Assembly: GCA_012519985.1 (NCBI GenBank)
Contig: JAAYPC010000029.1
Span: forward strand, 18,194 to 82,193
Direction: 5' to 3'
Source: Fibrobacter sp.
Lineage (GTDB): Bacteria > Fibrobacterota > Chitinivibrionia > Chitinivibrionales > Chitinispirillaceae
DNA: 64,000 nt
Positions 18,704 through 28,040 of the stretch are shown in pieces. Under the pieces are notes generated by a model. It had not been told where the DNA came from. It did not search any database and saw nothing but the letters and a program-made list of their open reading frames with translations. Position 1 is the first letter of the stretch. Every line of letters starts with the position of its first letter. The position numbers were made by a program, and so were the translations under genes.

Positions 18704-20146
18704 ATGATTGGTGCACTTGAACCCTCATCGCTCTGGAAACACTTTAATGAACTCTGCAAAATTCCTCGCCCATCAAAAGGTGAACAACATGTTTCCCGTT
18801 TTATCCAACAAACTGCTCATAAGCTCAATCTGGCAGTTCAAATTGATTCTATCGGCAATGTTCTGGTAAAAAAAGATGCTTGTTCTGAGAATAAAAACCG
18901 TCCGACAGTAATTCTGCAAAGCCATCTGGATATGGTACAGCAAAAAAACAGCGGCGTTGATCATGATTTTCAGCATGATCCCATACAGACCTATATCGAT
19001 GGAGACTGGGTAAAAGCCAAAGACACTACACTGGGCGCAGACAATGGCATCGGTGTAGCCGCAGCTCTTTCTGTTTTGGAATCCACAGATATTGACCATG
19101 GCCCCATAGAAGCACTTTTCACAGTAGATGAAGAAACCGGAATGTCCGGCGCCTTCCACCTCTCCCCCGAGCTTTTAAAAGGAAAATTTTTAATTAATCT
19201 GGACAGTGAAAATGACGACGAACTGTGTATAGGTTGTGCCGGAGGAATCAATGCAACCGCTCAGCTAACCACCATTTGCGAAATAGCAGATAACCATCGC
19301 ACCAGCTTTCAAATCTCTCTGAAAGGACTACGTGGAGGCCATTCCGGAATAGATATTCACCTTGGAAGAGCAAATGCCATAAAACAACTAAACCGGGTAC
19401 TGTTCGAACTGGTTCAGAATTTTGATATCCGCATCAGCAGCTTCTCTGGAGGCTCAGCACGAAATGCTATTCCCAGGGAAGCGTTTGCCACCTTTGTCAT
19501 TGCCAACTCTTATATAGATGAACTCAAAGCATTCATCGCAGTTCTGCAGAATAAACTGTATCAGGAGTACAGCGTCACCGATCCTGAAATTCGACTGGAA
19601 CTAACCCAAATACCTCCGGTTAAACAGGTACTTACCAGCCCTGCTCAGGAAAACCTGCTGCGAGCCATTTACGCCTGCCCTAATGGAGTAATGAGAATGA
19701 ACAATCAACTTCCTGAACTCGTTGAAACCTCCAATAATCTGGCTATGCTTGAATGCAACGAAGGGGAAAACACTATTCATTGTCTTTTAAGGAGTTCTTT
19801 AGAGAGCGCACGCGATGATCTCTCCAATGCGGTACTGTGTGCACTTTCCCTTGCAGAGGCTCATGTGGAATTCTCCGGAGCTTATCCAGGATGGGAACCT
19901 GACCCCGATTCAGAACTCCTTAAAATTCTTCAATCCACCTATGAAGACCTTTTTCAAAAAAAGCCTGATATCAGAGCCATTCATGCCGGATTGGAATGCG
20001 GCATAATCGGTGCTAAATATCCCGGCCTTGACATGGTGTCCATAGGCCCAACTATCTGCCATCCCCATTCCCCGGATGAAGCAGTCAGTATCCGATCAGT
20101 TCAGAAATTCTGGAGATTTCTGAGTGCCAGTCTGGAAAAAATATAA
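18704..20146 (+). CDS. pepD: aminoacyl-histidine (Xaa-His) dipeptidase, M20 family
   Basis: LEPSSLWKHFNELCKIPRPS...HLDMV...LGADNGIG...FTVDEETGMSGA matches PepD. Confidence 0.85.
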   Translation: MIGALEPSSLWKHFNELCKIPRPSKGEQHVSRFIQQTAHKLNLAVQIDSIGNVLVKKDACSENKNRPTVILQSHLDMVQQKNSGVDHDFQHDPIQTYIDGDWVKAKDTTLGADNGIGVAAALSVLESTDIDHGPIEALFTVDEETGMSGAFHLSPELLKGKFLINLDSENDDELCIGCAGGINATAQLTTICEIADNHRTSFQISLKGLRGGHSGIDIHLGRANAIKQLNRVLFELVQNFDIRISSFSGGSARNAIPREAFATFVIANSYIDELKAFIAVLQNKLYQEYSVTDPEIRLELTQIPPVKQVLTSPAQENLLRAIYACPNGVMRMNNQLPELVETSNNLAMLECNEGENTIHCLLRSSLESARDDLSNAVLCALSLAEAHVEFSGAYPGWEPDPDSELLKILQSTYEDLFQKKPDIRAIHAGLECGIIGAKYPGLDMVSIGPTICHPHSPDEAVSIRSVQKFWRFLSASLEKI

Positions 20147-20153
20147 GATATTG

Positions 20154-20220
20154 TATGGGCAGTCCTTGTGTGTATGGGCAGCCCTCGTGGCAGCTCTCGT
20201 ACGTATGGGCAGCTCTCGTG
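20154..20220. repeat. three copies of an 18-nt direct repeat GTATGGGCAGYYCTYGTG
   Basis: Copies lie at 20154-20171, 20172-20189 and 20203-20220, with a partial copy (GCAGCTCTCGTAC) between them. Confidence 0.7.
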
Positions 20221-20237
20221 GCTGCCCTTTCTTATTT
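20207..20237 (+). terminator. rho-independent terminator of pepD
   Basis: The hairpin GGGCAGC-tctcgtg-GCTGCCC is followed by TTTCTTATTT. Confidence 0.6.
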
Positions 20238-20243
20238 CAAAAC

Positions 20244-20268
20244 AATGGCAACCACAAGGGTTGCCATT
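20244..20268 (-). terminator. terminator candidate for the PP-loop/NAT/DUF4416 operon
   Basis: AATGGCAACC-acaag-GGTTGCCATT forms a perfect 10-bp stem. On the minus strand it is followed by GTTTTGAAAT. Confidence 0.5.
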
Positions 20269-20297
20269 ACAAGGCTATCTCCCAATTCTGATACAGT

Positions 20298-20849
20298 TTA
20301 TTCTATGACGGCTTTCGATTTTAAGAACTCCCTTACCTGGACCATACATTTTTTGCGTATAGCAAGAAGTTCCTGATCATAACGTCCATCTCTGAAATCT
20401 GGAAATGACCACTCAAAAGGCTGGTACTTTCCGGATTTGTACCGCCCGGCAAGATCGGCATATATGCCTCTGTCCAGATATATCTTCTGGCCCGCTTCCT
20501 TTGCCGATGCCAAAACCACCTTGTTATGATCGAGATAACCAGCATCCAGATTGACAGTGCGTTTCCCATCGATAGACAACTGCTGCTCCATCTGATTGCA
20601 ACGGATCTTCATCTCCACCAAAAATGTTGGCAGTTGTAATTTTTCAAATGAGCATAGCCTGCGAAAAATCGGAGACCCCATCTCCGGCTTATAATACTCT
20701 GTTACATCGAATAGATGGGCATTCCCTTCTATATCAATTCTTCCCCAGGCATTCTCCATCAATATCCTTGCTTTATCAAGATACTCTTCTTCCCGGTAAA
20801 GAACTGCCACAAAGTATTTGACAGGTAGAGCTGGTTTGATTTCAGCCAT
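20298..20849 (-). CDS. DUF4416 family protein
   Basis: The 183-aa protein (PVKYFVAVLY...NLDAGYLDHNKVVLAS.K...KIYL..GIYADL) matches my recollection of DUF4416. Its ATG at 20849 overlaps the upstream gene by 8 nt. Confidence 0.6.
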   Translation of the reverse strand: MAEIKPALPVKYFVAVLYREEEYLDKARILMENAWGRIDIEGNAHLFDVTEYYKPEMGSPIFRRLCSFEKLQLPTFLVEMKIRCNQMEQQLSIDGKRTVNLDAGYLDHNKVVLASAKEAGQKIYLDRGIYADLAGRYKSGKYQPFEWSFPDFRDGRYDQELLAIRKKCMVQVREFLKSKAVIE

Positions 20850-21669
20850 GTTTAAGCACTCCCAATGCTTTTCTCACAATTTCTGAATGAATCCCAATAT
20901 TCTGGGCTATATAATTATACTGCATTTCCGCACTGAGTTCTTCTCTTCTGGTACCTGTGGCACTTCGCACAGCCAGTTTATTTCCCTGCAAGTACTGATG
21001 CTCACCTGCTGTAATACGGGTTAAAACCGGATATGTCATCATCTCCCATTTAAAGGATTGTTCCCAGGCATAAGCAAATGTTACAGAATCTACTGGTTTG
21101 ATCTTGTAAACCAAACGCATCTTCCGGTTGCCTTTTACAATAGTGAAAAACTGTACCTTCTCTCCATTATCCATTGGAACCAGCTCTATGCTGTTATAAC
21201 CGGTCTGAACCGTTACCGGATTCTGCCTGGGAAGCAATACAGGGGTAAAGAGCAGATATCCCGGGTCAAGTAAAAGCAGTCCCTCCGGCTTTACTATAAT
21301 CAAGCCACAATGAGTGTCAGGGCCATAATAGCGATCAGCAAGCACCGGATGAGCTTCTATGCCTAAAGCATTGTAGATGGCGATAATCGAAGCAGTTAAG
21401 GAAAAGCAGGTACCACCCGTTCCCCATTTTAAATAATCAGAAATCAGTTCATCAGGATAACGCATAGCGGAAGAAGAGCTAACCATTGCATCCGACTTTA
21501 TAATTTTGGTAAGATTCTCATAGGGAATCATTGAAAATGCATCAGCTACCCGGTATAAAAGAGATGCGGGATCCTCATGTAGAGTGATTCCACATCTGTT
21601 TAAAAATTTCTGCAATACCTGCTGGCTTATTTTGAGCCATGGTGCATCGTTTATCACATCTGAATTCAT
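20842..21669 (-). CDS. arylamine N-acetyltransferase (NAT)-fold protein
   Basis: GGTCFSLT resembles the NAT catalytic-Cys block (GGxCxxxN) and the size is right. I prefer ATG 21669, which forms an ATGA overlap with the PP-loop gene stop, over the TTG at 21687 used by the track. Confidence 0.5.
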   Translation of the reverse strand: MNSDVINDAPWLKISQQVLQKFLNRCGITLHEDPASLLYRVADAFSMIPYENLTKIIKSDAMVSSSSAMRYPDELISDYLKWGTGGTCFSLTASIIAIYNALGIEAHPVLADRYYGPDTHCGLIIVKPEGLLLLDPGYLLFTPVLLPRQNPVTVQTGYNSIELVPMDNGEKVQFFTIVKGNRKMRLVYKIKPVDSVTFAYAWEQSFKWEMMTYPVLTRITAGEHQYLQGNKLAVRSATGTRREELSAEMQYNYIAQNIGIHSEIVRKALGVLKHG

Positions 21670-22652
21670 ATACGTATAGCCTGACAATATTGATCGTTGG
21701 CAGATTCCACCTCTCTTATAAAGGTGTTCTCTTTATGAAAAACTTTTACTTTCACCGTTCCGCTGTTTCTGGCCTTTGAAAACCGGACCAGTACCGATGC
21801 CGCAACACTGATTTCATCATCAGTACAAATCCCTCTGAGTATCGCCACCGGTCCCGGTATTTCAGCCATAAACATGAAATAATCCTCTGCTGTAACTATC
21901 TTCTCAAGAATACCATTTTCCGATTCGTTTCTGGAAACAATAATCTTGCATAATGGAGACAGACGGAAATGCCTTCCCCAGGCCAGTAATTTAAAATCGT
22001 TAAGGGAAATCTTCTGATTATGGGAAACTAGCTCATTAAAACGCCGTGCTGGATCTGCATGGGTAAGAAGACACCCACCAGCAGGAGTGGCATGAATCAG
22101 GCCATGTTCTCTGGCATACTCCAACTGTACTTTCCTGCTTCTTCCGCTAATTGCCAGTAACCGTTCCCTATCTACTAACCCCTGTTCCTCAACTTTGGTG
22201 GGTGGCAAAAGCCTGGCTGATAATGGCCTTAGAAGTATTCCCTGCAGGTTCGCTTTTTTTTCTACTGTGTACAGACATTCCAGACGCTGTGACATGGGTC
22301 TCTGCCCTATCACCTCGCCAGTAGCAATAAAGGATGCCCCTTCCTCTTCCATTATTTTTGCAGCTTTCTTAAGTCTGGCTATGCGGCAATCCATACAGGG
22401 ATTGGCATTTTTACCATATCCAAAGGCAGGATCGAGAATCATATCCAGAAACTCTTCACCTTCCTCCTCTATGCGTATTGGTACTCCCAAAGCATCCGCA
22501 TACCTCCTTACCTCTTTATAACTACTGCCCAACCCTGAATAAAAGGGTAAAACAAAATGAAGCGCTTTTATCTTGAGACCCTGATTTCTAAGAAGATGTG
22601 TGGCTGTTACACTATCCAGACCACCTGAAAACATTACTAAACCGTGAACCAT
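21666..22652 (-). CDS. PP-loop (adenine nucleotide alpha-hydrolase) family ATPase, ThiI/MnmA-like
   Basis: It has the N-terminal PP-loop signature MFSGGLDS, then NPCMDCR (CxxC), and a C-terminal extension of unknown fold. Confidence 0.7.
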   Translation of the reverse strand: MVHGLVMFSGGLDSVTATHLLRNQGLKIKALHFVLPFYSGLGSSYKEVRRYADALGVPIRIEEEGEEFLDMILDPAFGYGKNANPCMDCRIARLKKAAKIMEEEGASFIATGEVIGQRPMSQRLECLYTVEKKANLQGILLRPLSARLLPPTKVEEQGLVDRERLLAISGRSRKVQLEYAREHGLIHATPAGGCLLTHADPARRFNELVSHNQKISLNDFKLLAWGRHFRLSPLCKIIVSRNESENGILEKIVTAEDYFMFMAEIPGPVAILRGICTDDEISVAASVLVRFSKARNSGTVKVKVFHKENTFIREVESANDQYCQAIRI

Positions 22653-22851
22653 TTTAATCCTGACTTTTTACTCTTTTAAAAAGCGGGATGCTATATCACT
22701 TCACCCTGTGCTGTCATCCCTTTTCAAAGCTTCAAAATATAACTCTTCCATACGAAACAAAATCAGGATTATTTTTCAATCAAAAAAGATCTGAAATTAC
22801 TTTGAATCAGATACCTGAACTTTATTAGCCATTCTAAACAGGATAATCTTT

Positions 22852-23736
22852 ATGCCCTCAATTCCTAAAACCCTCTCATACTCTATTGAATATTACTTTC
22901 TTCGCATATTAGAGAAATTTATAAGTATCATTCCACGTTTTATTGCGCTTAAATTGGGTAGTATCGCAGGGCTTATCTTTTATTTGAGTGGTATTTACCA
23001 AAAAACTGTAATAGCCAATATGAAGCACGCTGGTTTCTGGAGCGAAAAAGAGATCAAATCGATAGTGTTTAAGCTATATAAGAACATGGGACGATATATA
23101 ATAGACTTTCTTCGCACAAACTCCACCGCACCTGCTTATCGGGTACACAACCAGCATATACTGACTGAGGTCTTATCCAGAAACAAAGGCACCATAGTAT
23201 TGTTAGCCCACATTGGAAACTGGGAAATGCTGGCAGAAGTCTTTGGAAAAAAACTACCGGACCTCAATGTAATAGCCAAACGAATGAAAAACCAAAAGGT
23301 AGATCAATGGCTTGCCAGCAAACGATCACGCACTGGCGTTATCACCATCTATAGCGAGCAGGCATTACGAAAAATGATTGAGGTTATCAAAAGAAACGGT
23401 ATCGTTGCCATACTGATTGACCAGCACGCTGGAAAACATGGTACCATGGTACCATTTCTGGGAAAACCAGCAAATACCGTTCGTTCAGTTGCAGGAATTG
23501 TAGAAAAAACCGGTTGTTCCGTTCTGCCAGCTTATTCTTTGATGGCCAAAGATGGCACTTATGACATAATAATAATCGAAACACCAGAACCCCAGCTTGA
23601 AGGCGATACTGAAAATGAACGTGTTGAGGAATATCAGAAACTGCACAATGAGATTATTTCAAAATGGATAGTAGAACATCCCGAGCATTATTTTGGTTGG
23701 TTCCACAAACGGTTCAGAAATTTAATTCCTTACTGA
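22852..23736 (+). CDS. lipid A biosynthesis (LpxL/HtrB-like) lysophospholipid acyltransferase
   Basis: It has an N-terminal membrane anchor, HIGNWE (the HX4D/E acyltransferase motif), and the C-terminus PEHYFWFHKRF-like block typical of LpxL. Confidence 0.75.
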   Translation: MPSIPKTLSYSIEYYFLRILEKFISIIPRFIALKLGSIAGLIFYLSGIYQKTVIANMKHAGFWSEKEIKSIVFKLYKNMGRYIIDFLRTNSTAPAYRVHNQHILTEVLSRNKGTIVLLAHIGNWEMLAEVFGKKLPDLNVIAKRMKNQKVDQWLASKRSRTGVITIYSEQALRKMIEVIKRNGIVAILIDQHAGKHGTMVPFLGKPANTVRSVAGIVEKTGCSVLPAYSLMAKDGTYDIIIIETPEPQLEGDTENERVEEYQKLHNEIISKWIVEHPEHYFGWFHKRFRNLIPY

Positions 23737-23748
23737 TCCGCCTAATTT

Positions 23749-23781
23749 TTTTGCATGCAACCTTGATGGGTGCATGCAAAA
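23749..23781. repeat. perfect 11-bp inverted repeat between convergent genes
   Basis: The repeat is TTTTGCATGCA-(11 nt)-TGCATGCAAAA. The U-run lies 5' and the A-run 3' in either orientation, so it is not a canonical intrinsic terminator. Confidence 0.6.
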
Positions 23782-23797
23782 GACTATAAGTGAAGTG

Positions 23798-24097
23798 CTA
23801 TGCTCTGTTAAACTGATTTACCCGGCTTGCTGCCCCGACCTGTGCACCTTCACCTCTATCACGGGCTCTGCTTATACGCAGGTTTCTTCCTCCAAACATG
23901 GAGTCACCCAACTCAGAGATGGCTGCATCTGCATTAGCATCTTCCAGCTCAATAAAGCCGAATCCCCTGGAACGTCCAGTTTCTCTATCGGAGATCAACA
24001 CTACGGAGTGGATTGGCTCGTACTTGGAGAAAAAGTTTCTGATGTCACTCTCGGTGGTCCTGTAGGGCAGATTACCAATGTAAAGCTTCTGAGACAT
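23798..24097 (-). CDS. RRM-type (RNP-1) RNA-binding protein
   Basis: MSQKLYIGNLPY (RNP2) and RGFGFIEL (RNP1) are present. The start is placed at ATG 24097. The 40-codon upstream extension in the track has no support. Confidence 0.85.
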   Translation of the reverse strand: MSQKLYIGNLPYRTTESDIRNFFSKYEPIHSVVLISDRETGRSRGFGFIELEDANADAAISELGDSMFGGRNLRISRARDRGEGAQVGAASRVNQFNRA

Positions 24098-24317
24098 AAT
24101 ACAACTTCCTTTGAAAATGGTGAAATGAAAAATCTTGGAGACAAGCAACCATAGCAAGTTTCCAGTTACAAAGAGTGAGCTGTTGAGGATGTGTGTGACA
24201 ATTCCACCTCCACTCACTCATGGTCCCAAGAATAACGCAAAGATCATGCCGCAGAAAAAAGCTTAGAATTTCCTCTTCTCTGCCCTACAATAGACAGATA
24301 TGAGAGAGATATGTTCA

Positions 24318-24339
24318 TTTTGAGAATCAATTCTCAAAA
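24318..24339. promoter_or_regulatory. perfect palindrome TTTTGAGAAT-ca-ATTCTCAAAA (operator candidate)
   Basis: It has 10-bp arms and a 2-nt spacer, which is too short for an RNA hairpin loop. It lies in the 520-bp divergent region between the RRM gene and the eRF1-like gene. Confidence 0.35.
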
Positions 24340-24618
24340 GTGGGAAAATCTCTATTCCTGACTGTCAGCTATCCGTAGAAGTCCACATGACAGCTTAACA
24401 GCCTTATAAAGGACCCTTTTTGTTAAACATCTGTTATCTACTTATCTTTTAAATAGTTACTCAATTACTTGTATAGCAATTAACAAACCGGTGACCTGTT
24501 CCCTCTGGCATAATCATTGCCTTAACTAATGTAAAAACAACTTAAAAATGAAGAAATTGATCTTCCCAATCTCTATTCCCAAAGAAATGATAATCAATCT
24601 TAAGCAGGAGAAATAATT

Positions 24619-25776
24619 GTGGACACTTTCACTGAAGATGATCTCAGAGACCTGGTTTCAGTCCACTTTGACCACTGTGTAAGCATCTTTATGCCTTCAT
24701 TCCGTACCGGATCAGATCTGCAGCAAAATCCTATTCGCTTCAGAAATCTGGTTGCTGCAGCAATGGAAAAGATGGTCTCACAAGGCCTACGCAGCATTGA
24801 AGCTGAAAACCTTCTGGCTCCCCTAAAACGAATTCTGCAAAACAGCAACTTTTGGCAGCATCAGGCCGATGGCCTGGCAGCATTCATCGCCCCAGGGACC
24901 ACTAAAATTTTCCGTCTTCCTGCCTCCCTGCCAGAAACTCTGATGGTAGGTCGCTCTTTTTACCTTAAACCACTTTTGTCACTGCTATCAGGAAACACAA
25001 AATTCTATCTGCTGGACCTGGAGATTAAAAACGTTAGGCTCTTTGAAGGTTCAAGATTAACTTTAACTCGCTATGAATCGGAAAAAATTCCTCTAAGCCT
25101 GGATGATACCCTGGGCTTTGATAGAATGGAAAAATACACCCAGTTCGCCAGTAAACCCTCCTGGAATGATAACCGTAATACCACAGTCTTTGGATATGGA
25201 CGCCAAACCGATAAACAAAAAATCAATATCAAAAATTTCTATCACCGGGTAAGTGACGCTATCGAAGAAATTTTACAAAATAGCAACGACCCGCTTATTC
25301 TTGGAGGCATCGATTATCTCCACTCCCTGTATAGAGAGGCCAACAACTATCCATATCTAAGCGATACAGGGTTGATCCTCGATCTGAAAAATCTCTCCGA
25401 TTCAGAAATTCACCAAAGGGTCTGGCCTCTGATCGAACCCTGTTTCCAACAAAAACGACTACAGGATATCGACGCCTTTCAACAACTTTGGGGCACCAAA
25501 AGCCGACTTGCAGCCACCGATCTCAAAACCATTGTCTCTGGAGCTGTACATGGCCGTATTCAGACGCTCTTTGTATCTGATACTCCTCAGGATTTTTGGG
25601 GTAAATATCTGGAATCTCGACAAGATGTGGAAATCCATGCCAATAAGCTTCCGGATGATGAAGATCTGCTGGATAAAGCTGCTATTAATACTCTGCTTAG
25701 AAAAGGTACAGTATATGTTCTGACCCAAAATGAGATGCCGGTCTCAGGCCCTATCGCTGCCATCCTACGCTACTAA
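24619..25776 (+). CDS. hypothetical protein, bacterial eRF1-like (baeRF family 3-like)
   Basis: It has a GTG start preceded by AGGAG. The N-terminus ...LRDLVSVHFDHCVSIFMPSFRTGSDLQQNPIRFRNLV...FWQHQADGLAAFIAPG...YLKPLL matches my recollection of the baeRF3-type family. The coding call is solid. The family call needs an HMM search. Confidence 0.45.
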   Translation: MDTFTEDDLRDLVSVHFDHCVSIFMPSFRTGSDLQQNPIRFRNLVAAAMEKMVSQGLRSIEAENLLAPLKRILQNSNFWQHQADGLAAFIAPGTTKIFRLPASLPETLMVGRSFYLKPLLSLLSGNTKFYLLDLEIKNVRLFEGSRLTLTRYESEKIPLSLDDTLGFDRMEKYTQFASKPSWNDNRNTTVFGYGRQTDKQKINIKNFYHRVSDAIEEILQNSNDPLILGGIDYLHSLYREANNYPYLSDTGLILDLKNLSDSEIHQRVWPLIEPCFQQKRLQDIDAFQQLWGTKSRLAATDLKTIVSGAVHGRIQTLFVSDTPQDFWGKYLESRQDVEIHANKLPDDEDLLDKAAINTLLRKGTVYVLTQNEMPVSGPIAAILRY

Positions 25777-25782
25777 AATTCT

Positions 25783-25820
25783 CAGGGCGACTCTTATATT
25801 GTCGTCCTGCTCCTTTCTTA
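25783..25820 (+). terminator. terminator candidate after the eRF1-like gene
   Basis: The hairpin CAGGGCGAC-tcttatatt-GTCGTCCTG has one G-U pair. It is followed by CTCCTTTCTT. Confidence 0.4.
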
Positions 25821-25932
25821 AGCCGCATCTTTTTTCCTTAACTACTGCTAAACCCTTATTGTAAAATATTATCCATCACCTAACAAATCTTCAAGACTGT
25901 AAAAGAACAGCTCTTCTGATTTGATCCTTAAT

Positions 25933-27945
25933 CTATCGTAAACCAGCCTTAAAATTAAACATGGTGGAATCGGATACTCTGGTGCCAGACTTATAAGCCT
26001 CCATTACATTTTGCAGGAATTCTCTTTTAGGCTTGATAAAACTCAGATCTATCAAAAAATTCCCTATTCCCATCGAAGCCATCTTCGCAATACGGTGGGT
26101 TAGACAAAGGGGCTTCCTGGACAGCAAATAATAGAGTCCATCTCTTTTTGAAACAAAAAAGGGATTGCCATAATAATCCAGCAGATCTTCATTTTGCTCG
26201 ACTGCATACCTCATCCGTGAGATAAAAAGGGGAATATGTGAATAAACATATAATATACCCGTTTGTGATATACACTCTCTGAGATTCAGATATTCATCTT
26301 CCAGGGAAAATGCGAAATGTTTAAATCCCATTTTTTTTATCGCTCTTTGTGAAGCACAATTGATTATCCATAATGGATTGTCGGCAATAAGCTCGGTTCC
26401 ACGAGGAAAAAGAGTTGATTGTCCAATATTACTACAGACAAACCTCCTTATCCCCTGAGCGGAAAATCTGGAAATCATTGTTTCCCAAATAGTTAATTCC
26501 TTGCCTGGAATAAAAGGCGGAAGTGCCGGAATAATACGTGATTTCCAACTATCTAACAACTGCCGGTTCTTCAGAAAACCATGCATGTTTTTCACAGAAG
26601 CAGATAAAATTATATTTTGACATGTAACATCTTTCAGGTGATCAAGCCACTCTGTCGAATCAATTTTTATCCAAAGTCTGTTGCCGACAGATTGCAGTTT
26701 TTTATTACAATTCACCGATTGAAGAATTCTTTTCACCCCTGGATGAGAAGCTCTGAAATGGACCGGGGTGATATCTACTTTTGAAGGTGCTGTAAACTTC
26801 TGATACATACTTTTTCTGCTTACCAGATACACCAGATCGTCCTTTTTGCCAACAGGCACTTTAGTTTTAATATGCAACTTGTCATCGATAATTTCTGAGT
26901 CGATAACATTTGTACTCACCCCTTCAAAGCCATCTTGAGGATGGATCCGTAGTCTGTCGCCGGGGAATAGCTCCATATCACCTGAAATTATGATCCCATC
27001 CGAAGTACATTTTAAAATTTCTCCTATCAAAAGGCCGGTCCCAGATGGCTTGTGCTGATCTATAAATCCGCTATATGTGACTCCTCCCAGAAAAAAAGTG
27101 GTTTTAGGCCTTCCCAGATCATAATCAAGCATTTTCTTCATTTCAGAAACTATAGCTGGGTTGTCAATTGCAGTACGGTACGCCCTGACTACAGTATCAA
27201 CATACTCTGGTCCTTTCATCCGTCCCTCAATTTTTAAACTGCAAACCCCGTTTTGCTTTAAATGCGACAAATAATCGATAGCACAAAAATCATGAGGTGA
27301 GAAAAAGTAACCATCAGTCGATTTCTGCTTAAATTTACGTCTGCATACCTGGGTGCACATACCCCGATTGCCACTGGCCCCTCCAAGAAAACTGCTGGCC
27401 AAACACATCCCTGAGATACTGTAACAGAGCGCCCCATGAATAAATACTTCCAGCTCTAGCGAAGTTTTTCTCTTTATATTTTGAATTTCTTCACAAGTTA
27501 ACTCTCTTGCCAATATTACACGGCTCAATCCTAACTTCTCAGCACCTCTGATTCCGGTAATGTTATGAATTGCCATCTGAGTGCTTCCATGAAGCTTTAA
27601 AGAGGGAAAATTTGCTCTGACCACCTCTATTACCCCAAAATCAGCTACAATCAAGGCATCCACCCCAATCTGTTCAAGTTGATAAAGAACATGAATAAGT
27701 TCTTCAAACTCTTTCTGCCTTATCAGAGTGTTTAAAGTAACATACACTTTAACCCCTTTGTCATGTGCATAAGGAACAAGGTAGGACAGAGTCTTTGTGG
27801 TAAAGTTCTTTGCCCTCAACCGTGCATTAAACACATCCAGACCAAGATAAACAGCGTCAGCCCCGGCATTTATGGCTGCATGAAAACTTTCCATCGAACC
27901 GGCAGGAGCCAATAGTTCCGGCCTGTTTTCTTTTGAATAATTCAT
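25933..27945 (-). CDS. U32 family peptidase-like protein (long form)
   Basis: ELLAPAGS...AGADAVYLG...FNAR matches the U32 N-terminus and the E-x-F-x-H-G-A-L-C block (EVFIHGALCYSISGMC) is present. The 670-aa protein has a long C-terminal extension. Confidence 0.85.
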   Translation of the reverse strand: MNYSKENRPELLAPAGSMESFHAAINAGADAVYLGLDVFNARLRAKNFTTKTLSYLVPYAHDKGVKVYVTLNTLIRQKEFEELIHVLYQLEQIGVDALIVADFGVIEVVRANFPSLKLHGSTQMAIHNITGIRGAEKLGLSRVILARELTCEEIQNIKRKTSLELEVFIHGALCYSISGMCLASSFLGGASGNRGMCTQVCRRKFKQKSTDGYFFSPHDFCAIDYLSHLKQNGVCSLKIEGRMKGPEYVDTVVRAYRTAIDNPAIVSEMKKMLDYDLGRPKTTFFLGGVTYSGFIDQHKPSGTGLLIGEILKCTSDGIIISGDMELFPGDRLRIHPQDGFEGVSTNVIDSEIIDDKLHIKTKVPVGKKDDLVYLVSRKSMYQKFTAPSKVDITPVHFRASHPGVKRILQSVNCNKKLQSVGNRLWIKIDSTEWLDHLKDVTCQNIILSASVKNMHGFLKNRQLLDSWKSRIIPALPPFIPGKELTIWETMISRFSAQGIRRFVCSNIGQSTLFPRGTELIADNPLWIINCASQRAIKKMGFKHFAFSLEDEYLNLRECISQTGILYVYSHIPLFISRMRYAVEQNEDLLDYYGNPFFVSKRDGLYYLLSRKPLCLTHRIAKMASMGIGNFLIDLSFIKPKREFLQNVMEAYKSGTRVSDSTMFNFKAGLR

Positions 27946-28040
27946 TAATTTTCCCTTGAATATCTATCAATTTTCCGATTTTAAGCTTAAAATACGAAAT
28001 AAAACTCTACATATTATTTAAAATCAATATTAAAATAAGA

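Noticed and set aside
20155-20376. 73-aa plus-strand ORF after pepD
   Set aside because: It is made of the 18-nt repeats and both terminator hairpins, and then runs antisense into the DUF4416 gene.
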